A DNA stretch of 63,776 bases, the filler included, from Asterionella formosa (Eukaryota), in the NCBI GenBank assembly GCA_002256025.1. It is 8 parts of 8 records of this genome, joined end to end, with 100 filler letters (N's around TTAATTAATTAA, not from the genome) between each part and the next. Parts side by side here need not be neighbours in the genome. Positions count along the whole stretch, not along the records: positions 30,207 to 56,832 come from NKIB01001662.1; 7 more parts are not named here. One strand, 5' to 3'. Below the pieces are notes generated by a model, which was not told where the DNA came from, ran no database searches, and saw only the letters and a program-made list of their open reading frames with translations. Shown piece after piece: positions 44,832 to 54,442 of the stretch. Both the position numbers and the translations under genes were made by a program. Positions within the stretch are counted from its first letter, which is position 1; every line of letters begins with the position of its first letter.

Positions 44832-45491
44832 ATGATCGTCAGGAAGCTTGCCGTAAATATTTTAGCGCTGAATACGGTCTGCCGCGTCCGAATGAATCCA
44901 ATCAAGTCACTACCAGTAGTCATTTCAAGAAAAGGCACTACATCAATGGAATCGAACAGTATGTCGGCGAACGACTCATCACTCGGTAAAAACTATTTCC
45001 TACTAAAATCTGAACCAGAAGAATTTTCCATCCAAGACTTATCCACTACTAAAGGCTCTATGGAGGAGTGGAGTGGTGTACGAAATTTTGCTGCTCGTAA
45101 CATTCTCCGTGAAATGAAGGTGGGAGATGAAGCCTTTTTTTATCATTCAAGTTGTAAGGTCCCGGGTATAGTCGGTACCGTCCGAATAGTAAGAGAAGCA
45201 CAACCAGACGAGACAGCTTTAGACCCCAAGCATTCTGGGTATGACCCCAAGTCCACAAAGGAAAATTGTCGTTGGGACTCTGTCAAGGTGAGGTTGGAGG
45301 CTATCTATCCCGAGATCGTCACGTTGAAAGAGCTCAAGGCGCAAGCGAGCGTAAACCCTGTGATTGCGGACATGACAATCTTGAAACGAGGTAGGTTGAG
45401 TGTCACCCGAGTAAAATCAGAGGAATGGGAAGCTGTTGTGTGTATGTTGGAGAGGAAGATGGCCAGCGAAAATATTTCAAATGTTAGTTAG
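44832..45491 (+). CDS. EVE-domain protein (THYN1-like); true start may be at 44946 or 44961
   Basis: YFLLKSEPEEFSIQDL, WSGVRNFAARN.LREMKVGDEAFFYHS, YDPKS, RLSV..V...EW. Confidence 0.9.
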   Translation: MIVRKLAVNILALNTVCRVRMNPIKSLPVVISRKGTTSMESNSMSANDSSLGKNYFLLKSEPEEFSIQDLSTTKGSMEEWSGVRNFAARNILREMKVGDEAFFYHSSCKVPGIVGTVRIVREAQPDETALDPKHSGYDPKSTKENCRWDSVKVRLEAIYPEIVTLKELKAQASVNPVIADMTILKRGRLSVTRVKSEEWEAVVCMLERKMASENISNVS

Positions 45492-46389
45492 CAAGCAAAG
45501 AATAAGAAATGGTAAAACAGACAAGCTAATTTCAAATTGACCTGTGAAACTATTACCCGACACCTATGCACAATTGAGAGTTTCTACAGTTCAACCCTTT
45601 TGGTGTCCCTAGAATCGTTTGACTTGTGCTGACTAATCTCCTAAAAACTGTCTACCGGTATTATCATGTTATCATCAAATGACAGTACCAGGTGGTACTG
45701 GTACTGGTACCGGTACCAGGTATCATGAACGAAAACAATGATTCTATGTGCATCTGCAGCTACTATGTAGTTCACCGTGAAGTGCACGAGAAAAATTAAT
45801 TTAGTCTTCATCCAATTGAAAACGTTCGCGCCAAAAATAAATCGATCCTTTTGTTCATTAAATATCCTCGTCGCTATATAGTATTTTATAATGCATTCGT
45901 GCGCACTCATTTTTAAAACCGTGATAGGTTTCACTTGAATCGCTATTTTAGTTTCTGAATAAAATACCTCGTAGACCTTTGAACGACCATGGCATCGAAG
46001 TTCCCGCCAGGCGCGCAATAAAATATTTGTACATAAAATACCGGTATCATACCCTGGTACTAGTACCTCAGGTAAGTAACATCGGTATATTTGCAACGTA
46101 AAAGTGCTACCATTTTTTATTGCATAACAGCTTTTGTACACATAGTACCACCCACACCTTTCAACGGAGCACCTTTGAGGACATCACAATCCATTCATCA
46201 TTTTTCCTCCGAAGTAACTTTTAAGCTCGCAGTTCAAACTTACCCACCTTCATTGACACTCTTCAGAAAAAGCACGAGGAGAACAGCGAGGCCTATCTTT
46301 TAATACTTATTATCAAAGGACGAATTGGAATAAAAGCTCGCCCTGTGTGCTAAGAATTGCATGTTTCGAGTTCACATATAAATCAAACC

Positions 46390-49165
46390 ATGGTGGGACA
46401 ACGACGACGCAATAATGCCGCTTCTGCTGTTCTGTCTGTTGAAAGAAGGATGGAACTCTTGGAGAGCAGATTCACTACTCCGTCATCAAATCATAACATG
46501 CCCGCACCTTCCTCTCCTCAGGATGCCACTGTCACCACCCAAGCATCCAATCACTCATTCTCACCGGGCACCTCAAGGCATTCGTTCAACTTTGATGCAC
46601 CGGCATCACGAAGTTTCAGCGGCAGCTCCAACCAATCGAATGCTTCTAACATTGACAAGGCTCTTATACGCTCCAAACGCAAGTCTTCCAGCAAGCGATC
46701 CTCGCTCAGTGATGTTCACCTCGCGGTTGAGCGCCAAATGAGGAGGGTCATGGCGGCCTCACCATTGATTGGTACGCATCCACATGATGCTTCCAGCATG
46801 TCGGTCCTTCCCTCGCCGCAAATATCTAATCTGTCCATGTCAAATCAGACGCTGCTGACATCGCATGTCAAGCATCCGGCGGAGCATGTGAAGGTTGTTG
46901 CGGAGTCACCACCAACTTTGGTATCGCCTGCTCTTGACGCCTTACACAGTACCGAAGCGCAAGTGCCACAGTTACAAGTGCCAGTGAACAGCAGTGTACG
47001 TTGATTTGGAACGAAATGCTGAGTTATTTACGCCAGTTTGCTCTGCTGACTAACTTTGCCGACTCATTTCTCCCTACAGGTTGACAAGCGTAAATCTGTT
47101 CCTGTAAAGCGAACACTTCCGTCCGTCACGGAAAAACCCTTAACGAACACCAATAATAAGAGCCTTACTCCTGGATCAGCTGCTAGCCGCAAACGAACTC
47201 GCCTCAACTTTACGGAACCACCACAAATTTCTCCTTTAGCAAAGATCTTGCCACCTGACATCTCAACTGCGTCTCGTGACCGATCAAATTCTGCCCCTTC
47301 GAGTAAAAAGGGAAAGATGGCACCTCAGAATACCCTCATTCATGATTTCTTCGCTGTGGCTACCAGCAAAGCCACAAAAACGCGAGACATCTCGGCAGTA
47401 ACTTGTGCAGTCGAGACTCGGTCGCAGGCCCGTCTCGCTGCAGCTGCGGCTACTACGTTTACAGGTAGCCCTTGTGACTCTCAAGACAAGTGGCAACAAC
47501 GATGTCAAGAACTTGAACAACTTCTTTTGGACCGGAACGAACAGCTCACGGCAGTCTCCAACAACCAGACTATTATGCACACTGCGCTGCGTCAAATGGT
47601 TCATCGACTCGAAAAAGAGTTGGAAGACACTAAGAAAGCCAAAGAAGCCTATACCCAACAGACTGCAATTGTGATTGAAAAACTTGTTCGGACTGATTCT
47701 GCCCGAGAGGCAAAAGAACTTCGAGACAAGCTTGCTGGAGATGGTTCCAGACTGGGTCGGATTGTTTACACACGTGCTGGAATGAGAGCTGTGGAGTCAT
47801 GGGAAGATGGGTATGCGTTCAAGGAACTAAGAACTCGCAAACTCGAGCTCGAGATTATGCGTGAAACATTGGTGACTCGACGAGAGGAGGCTAGTCAAGC
47901 TACGAACGAACTCAACGAAAAACGCAGTAGTGTGAATGCTACTGAACTAGTTGCTATAGATGCTCTTAGTGTAATGGAAGCTCAGGAATCTGCCGAGATG
48001 CATATGGAAACTGTTAAAAAGCAGGAAACGATCCTTGCCGACGAAGAGCAAGCGCTTAATGATGAAAAAGCGAATCATATTCGCGCATGGAAGAGGCTGC
48101 AAAGTGAAGAGGAATCTCGCTTTAGAACTAGGCCAAAGGTAAGGTTGTACAACCGACTTGAGATTTTCAAAATTGCGTGACTCTAAACCTTCTTGCTGTC
48201 ATGGAATCCAGCTGGACAATCGCTATGTCTTGTTATCACTTTTAGGGAAAGGAGGTTTCTCAGAAGTTTGGAGAGCCTACGACCTCAACGAATTACGCGA
48301 AGTCGCCGTCAAAATTCATCAGTTGGACCCTCGTTGGTCTGATGCAAAGAAGGACAATTACACGAAGCATGTCACACGTGAATACGAAATTCACCGAGAT
48401 GTGCGTCATCCACGTATAGTCTCTCTTTTTGATGTTTTTGAAATCGACGACAATTCGTTTGCGACTGTTTTGGAGTGTTGCAAGGGCACTGATCTTGATG
48501 CCTTACTAAAGGAAAAGAAGAGGCTTCCAGAGCGTGACGCCAGAGCCATCTTGCTTCAAATTTTATCAGGCATGCAGTACTTGAGTCAGCCCTCAGGAAA
48601 TCGTCAGGGGATTATTCATTACGATTTAAAACCAGGGAATATTTTATTCGACGAATTTGGCGATGCCAAGATCACAGATTTTGGTTTGAGCAAAATTGTT
48701 GATACCCCGGATCCAGCTGAAAGTATGGAACTTACGAGCCAGGGAGCCGGGACATATTGGTATCTACCACCAGAATGCTTTGTAACCAACGAAACAGTTA
48801 GAATCAGGTATGTTTCGCTTTGGTTTAATTGTTCCAAGCCTTGCAATTTTGTTGGAAATCACACTTACCCGTTATTGCTTTGGATTCGATGCATTTACAG
48901 CAACAAAGTTGATGTCTTTTCCATTGGAGTGATATACTACCAGATGTTGTTCGGTCGGCGACCATTTGGAGATGGCATGTCGCAGGACAAAGTACTCACT
49001 GATCACACCATGCTCAATGCTCGCGAGGTTAAATTTCCTGATCGGATTGTTATCTCTGATCAAGGCAAAGACTTCATTCGGCAAGCGTTGATGTACGATC
49101 AAGCCTTTCGACCAACAATCGCCCAACTTTGTCAAAATTCTTACGTAACAACAAAACTATTCTAG
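46390..49165 (+). CDS. TLK: Tousled-like Ser/Thr kinase; exons 46390-46995, 47080-48138, 48212-48807 and 48901-49165
   Basis: RLG...E.WEDG coiled-coil region, LLGKGGFSEVW, KHVTREYEIH, IIHYDLKPGNIL, ELTSQGAGTYWYLPPECF, ISNKVDV after splicing. Three GT-AG introns, all frame-consistent. Confidence 0.95.
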
Positions 49166-49198
49166 AAAAATTAACTGAAGCTACTCTACATTCTTTTA

Positions 49199-50143
49199 TC
49201 ATCCGTTGACAATTCGAACAAACGATTTCACATGAGAAGCAAGCATCATCACAATCTTTTCATCAGCTTTAGTAAAGACACTATCACTGCCATCGTCATT
49301 TTTCTTGTTCACCATTTGGATAACTCCAATGACTTCGCCTTTGCAACCTTTCACTGGTACAGTCAAAATGCTCTTAGTACGAAATCCGAGGTCTTTGTCT
49401 CCATCTGAGTTGAACCTCTCGTCTTTGTAGGCGTCGTCGACAATGACAGGTTTTCCCGACTGAAGGCAAGCTCCTACAATTCCACAATCTTTAGCGATCC
49501 GAAGCTCTCGATTCGTTCCTGTGGAAACCCAAGACCAAAGCTTATCACCGTCTACCATCCATAATGTTGCGCGGTCAGCAGTGACGAGTAGGTGCCCTTC
49601 GTCAAGTATAGTTTCAAAGATGGATGTAAGTTCCTTTGCTTTTTTTGCTCTCTCCGCTCTATCGGTATCCATGAAGAGGAGACAAGTCATGCCCAAAAGA
49701 CAACCTGTCACTACACCAACACATCCACCAAACGTAGTGTATAGTCTCGCCGATTTCCCTCCCAATTGTTCAGCAGATAAGCCATGATGCGGCAGGTTTA
49801 ACTTGGACACCCCGGCATCGACCAAACCACCGCAGGTAAATCCAGCAACGTCACTAATGCACTGACCAAATCCAGCGGCTGTCAGGGTGCTCAGACTAAA
49901 CGCTACCCCTAGACTCATATCAATAGCTTCGCCCGCTTGAATCATGACAATATTATCCATGAATCCGAATCCAATCATTGGAATTGCCGAGCGAAGCGCC
50001 ACAATTCGAAGTTGATGACGAGTTGGTGTTGGTGCAAGTTTTACAGAGGAAAGATATCGCAGAGTCATGGCATACTTAGTGTGCCCCTGAGAGTGGCGCA
50101 TTACCTGCCGAAAGGCGGTGATGTGCTGCATCATGGAGGGCAT
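49199..50143 (-). CDS. TMEM65 domain fused to a C-terminal GAF domain; mitochondrial-type presequence
   Basis: TMEM65 motifs AIPMIGFGFMDN.VMI.AGEAID, STLTAAGFGQCISD, GCLLGM. GAF motifs ADRATLWMVD, GIVG, DAYKDERFN...D...GFRTKSILTVP, GVIQMVNK...FTKADE. Confidence 0.9.
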   Translation of the reverse strand: MPSMMQHITAFRQVMRHSQGHTKYAMTLRYLSSVKLAPTPTRHQLRIVALRSAIPMIGFGFMDNIVMIQAGEAIDMSLGVAFSLSTLTAAGFGQCISDVAGFTCGGLVDAGVSKLNLPHHGLSAEQLGGKSARLYTTFGGCVGVVTGCLLGMTCLLFMDTDRAERAKKAKELTSIFETILDEGHLLVTADRATLWMVDGDKLWSWVSTGTNRELRIAKDCGIVGACLQSGKPVIVDDAYKDERFNSDGDKDLGFRTKSILTVPVKGCKGEVIGVIQMVNKKNDDGSDSVFTKADEKIVMMLASHVKSFVRIVNG

Positions 50144-50309
50144 GAACGAGATTCGAATAATGTCTTGACCCAGAAGTTTCGCTTGTGACCATTTCCTGCA
50201 CAGATGATGTTTTGAATTGTTCTGTTGAGGAAGATACTTGGTCGAGATCTTCTGCCTTTCTTGGCTCCTTTCGTACCTGGTACCTGGTACTATAATTACC
50301 AGGAACCAG

Positions 50310-50396
50310 CAGGTTGCGGTCATTTTGCTTAAATCAACAATTTAATCTGGGATAAAAACAGCTAAATCTTTGGTTCAACAAAATTACCGCAATTTG
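50310..50396 (+). mobile_element. Short MITE, copy 3 (87 bp); a solo terminus also lies at ~50487-50510
   Basis: CAGGTTGCGGTCATTTTGCTT...CAAAATTACCGCAATTTG, with CAG on both sides. Confidence 0.9.
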
Positions 50397-51041
50397 CAGG
50401 GAACTATCGCTCACAACTCACACCATTCAGTACAGGACCTGGTACGAAAACAATTTTGGTATCTGTTTTACATATTATGTTGATTATTTAAGCAAAATGA
50501 CCACGACTTGCTTGTTTTCCTGGTGTGGAATTCTGGTTAAAAAAACAACCGGCTGTGAGACGCCTTATTGTACTACCCTGGTATGGGTAGCTGCCAGATA
50601 TCGGTCCTCCGAGTATGATACCGGTAGTATGTTTTAAAATCTTACCTGGCTGCTCTCTATGTAGTGTAGTACCCGATACGCACAGTGGCGGCACCGGGTT
50701 CCAACACAATCAGGTAGAGTCTTTCTGGTAAGTCTCCCAGGGTAGGAACCAACCCTCATTTACAACCGGACCTTCCCTGATGACACCGGTAGTACCTGGT
50801 ACCCGTACTACTGGTACCATGTTATATATCATATGCATGATGCAGGATTTGTGAGGATTTATGTATTATTGCCGGTACCAGGTACCAGGTACCATACCCT
50901 GCATAAAATGATGAGCGAGACGAGGATACCAAACAATCACATGTACAAACCCGCACATCATATCATACCGGTAATCATCAGCTTTCGATCATCCTTCCTT
51001 CTTTTCATGGAAAGCCATCATTGCTTCACTCAAAGATCATA

Positions 51042-52211
51042 ATGACGAAACTGATAGTGATCGCGCCACTGGCGCCGGAGAACATCAAAGCTGATGAGAC
51101 CGGCGTGAATATTTTGTCTCCAGAAGAGAAGGAGGCCGATGGTCAGGATCGTTTCAATCATCCTCGCTTGAGACGAACGCTAATTCTCAAAGCCATTGAG
51201 GCCAAAGCAGAATCTGATGCTGTTAGGTTTATGGTTGTTTCTGAGCCCACTGATGTTGACTTGAAACACATCTACTCTCAAATCCATTCAGAAGGTCTAT
51301 TGACCTTCTTGACGACTGCATGGACGACTTGGGAACAATATGGAGAGGAAGGCCGTGAGCCCGGTGCCTTTCTTGGTGAATCTACCTCCGGCATTCCACC
51401 GTTGATTCCGATCAACATCCCTCTTCCCCGAGATGAGCATGAGCGCCCAAGTAAGAGTGTGATTGGGCAAATCGGCTATTATTGCACTGACCTCTGCACT
51501 CCAGTCTTTGGTTCTTTGCTAAAGGAACTCCAGATTGATCACGTTATCATGAAGCAAGCTGTCGAGAGTGCAATAGACCATAATACGGTGGTTTACGCCA
51601 TGCCGACCCATCCAGGTCACCACGCTGCTCGAGATTCGTTTGGTGGCTACTGTTATTTGAATCAAGCTGCATACGCGGCAAGATTGTTTCAAGATCGCAT
51701 CGGCATCGGCACCAAGGTAGCTGTTCTCGATGTTGACTACCACGCTGGCAATGGGACCGCTTCGATTTTTTATGAAGACCCCAACATTCTAGTTGTTTCA
51801 ATACATTGTGACCCCGACTATGACTACCCTTTTCACGCCGGTTTTGCTGATCAAACTGGAGTTGGCGAAGGCGAAGGCGCAACATTGCATTTGCCATTAC
51901 CTCCCCAGACAAGATGGGAGGCATACAAGGAAACGCTCATGCTTGCTTTGGGTTGCATCCGAGAATTTGGAGCACATGCCACTGTCGTATCTCTGGGATT
52001 GGACACGCATGAAGGTGATCCTTGTACCATCCGTCGGGCTGGGTTTTGTCTAGCAGGCGAGGACTACAGACATATGGGTGAGAGCATCGCAGCTGGTCTA
52101 CCAGATGGTCCTGTTATCTTTGTTCAGGAAGGAGGATACCGCATGGATGAAATTGGAAATGCCGCTTCGAGTGTTGTGCTAGGATGTGCACTTTACAAAT
52201 CAAAATTATGA
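51042..52211 (+). CDS. HDAC-superfamily deacetylase, acetylpolyamine amidohydrolase (APAH)-like
   Basis: IGYYCTD..TP, PGHHA, GGYCYLN, LDVDYHAGNGT, SIHCDP...YPF, VSLGLDT, QEGGY. Confidence 0.88.
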   Translation: MTKLIVIAPLAPENIKADETGVNILSPEEKEADGQDRFNHPRLRRTLILKAIEAKAESDAVRFMVVSEPTDVDLKHIYSQIHSEGLLTFLTTAWTTWEQYGEEGREPGAFLGESTSGIPPLIPINIPLPRDEHERPSKSVIGQIGYYCTDLCTPVFGSLLKELQIDHVIMKQAVESAIDHNTVVYAMPTHPGHHAARDSFGGYCYLNQAAYAARLFQDRIGIGTKVAVLDVDYHAGNGTASIFYEDPNILVVSIHCDPDYDYPFHAGFADQTGVGEGEGATLHLPLPPQTRWEAYKETLMLALGCIREFGAHATVVSLGLDTHEGDPCTIRRAGFCLAGEDYRHMGESIAAGLPDGPVIFVQEGGYRMDEIGNAASSVVLGCALYKSKL

Positions 52212-53029
52212 ATGTACTCATCGTCAGCCATGCATTTGGGACTAGACTTCTGGTATATACATCTTTGATATCCCTTTCTAATCTATAACAGACTATGTGA
52301 ACATTTTGATGCTGTCAATGAAAGATACATGTATCATTTTATGTCCATCATAAAGAAAATATAATTTTTCTAGAGGTTTGTTAGGTCTGCAGGCTGTATA
52401 TCTGGATCATAGTATAAAATATAATTTAAATTCATAATACCCTTTTGTTAAGAACTTAACAATTGTGAAGGTTGTGAAATTGCACTTGGCCTCCCAAAGG
52501 GCCATAACAAGCCTGTTGTCTGCCACAAACCCCTGAACCCTAAGAGGGACTACTCTACATAAATGATGCAGGTCGAGAATGTGGGAATTAATCTCGCCAC
52601 TGCAGAAGTTGTGCTAACCACTAAGCCATTCCCCTATGGATAATAGCATACAAACTTCTGATCAAATTTTCTTCCATCACAGAAATAAAAATATTGCACT
52701 CGTTGCAAATAGAGTTGAAACATACCATTAAACTTGGCGATTTGTACATATGTGTTCATTTGTTTGTTTTCTAAAAAAGTGAGATTAAACTAGATCTGAA
52801 TTGAAATGTAGTTTCAATTGAAACGTGTTTCACTCTGACATGTTTCTGAAATGAATTGTTCCTTGTTCCTTGTTCCTTGGAGGCAACAATTTTTTTCTTT
52901 GTTCCAACAGGAGGTGCAAATTTCTAGATTCTCTCATCTTTTCTTGTCTGTCACATATCTCTCCATCTAACCTAGATAGCTAGATCCTAGGATACAGTAC
53001 TAGATGCTCCTCGACTGAACGCTTTTATG

Positions 53030-54403
53030 TGTTGTTTATGAGTTGCATAGATGTGAACATTACTCTGTTTCTGTAATTAAATAATTAGGATCGAAATAAA
53101 TAAATTGAAACCAATTTAACATGTATTGATACATTGGGTACATGTATATGCATATCAAGCAATGATGCTATAGAGTTGATTTTGCTAGTATCATTTATTC
53201 ATCATCATAATATCAGTTTTGCCAAAATGGATGTTGACATCGCTTATGCGCCTGTTCCTGGTGGTCAGATCCTTGGCTTGATGGCCAGCAACAATGGTCG
53301 CAGTTGCGCCCATCATCACTGTTGCGGATCAACTGTAAAGGTTGGCTCTCTGGTTCTCGTGTGTTGTCTTGCTTGTTGGACGAGATCCTACAAGAACTCG
53401 AGGATGCTATCCAGGTGACCATGGACTGTGACCTCGCTCCATACAGAAGGTCAAAGGAGCAGACTTGGATATCTTTCCAGGAGAATTGCGCATGGTTACA
53501 AAGTCGAGGCAGCACAGTATGTTAATTGTACAGCTGTATTAATTGAACTACTAAATGACTCTAAGGAGAAAAAGAATGAATATGCTAGGTTATGGAGTTG
53601 CGCTATATACATTTCTCGATGTTTGGGTCAAAATTGAAGATGCTGTCAAGGAGGAAATGATCACTTAGATAGTAATAGCAGTTCTACTTCTGTGTAGATA
53701 TAATAAAATATGAATAACCATTAACAACCAGTGCTTATATATATAGACAATTTAAAAAGGGGGAATGGCTTTGATCCAATTCAGGCATATTGGCGCCAGA
53801 CAGCACGAAAAAACCCTGATCAGCACACACTACTATTAACACTTGTGATATCGAATATCTTTCATCAGCCACCTCAATTATTTCTTCACGATTTTATTTG
53901 AGAGAACAACAGCCAAGAAATTGCGGGAAGTTGATGCAAACATTTCAGTATCATCATTGTAATAGGATTTTAGCACGTAGTTCCATATATGTTGTATGGT
54001 TGTTTTCTCTACTTTGAACTGTCCCACCAAATATTTAATGGTTCCACGCAATAAAACAAGCCAACCATCTATTTCGTCCTCCTTTGCTTTTGCAGGTTCT
54101 GTAAACCATAATCCAACACAAGTTGACACTCTTCTGGTGTTAGATCCTTTCTTGTATGTTTGTTGAGAAGAGGTGGTGGCAAGAAAAAGGGGGGTCAACA
54201 GGCATCTGCATTTCGCTCGAAATGCACAAAAGTGGAAGTCGAAAAAGTCGAATAATGTTTTTTTTCAAATGTACATGCTACCGGTGTAGTTGCCATTTTA
54301 ATCTTGGAGCTAGCCACAAATAGGGCAATTGAGCTGGAGAAAATCGTAGGAGTCGAAATGGCCCTGGATAAATTTGAATTATCGATGCATTAGACAGAGG
54401 GAG
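53030..54403 (-). mobile_element. DD39D mariner, copy 1 (internally deleted; accessory ORF frameshifted)
   Basis: Homologous to 54570-55345 and 56490-56830. Right TIR ACAGAGGGAG followed by TA at 54394-54405. Confidence 0.85.
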
Positions 54404-54442
54404 TACAGCATTCATGGTACATGGTTTACCAGGTACAAGGTA

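Noticed and set aside
45641..46141. 166-aa minus-strand ORF, and 5234-5680 / 5862-6374
   Set aside because: AT-rich intergenic or MITE sequence crossing repeats, with no protein-like motifs.
50144..50323. N-terminal extension of the TMEM65-GAF ORF
   Set aside because: It begins inside the MITE and crosses GGTACC repeats (VPGTRY is simply their translation).
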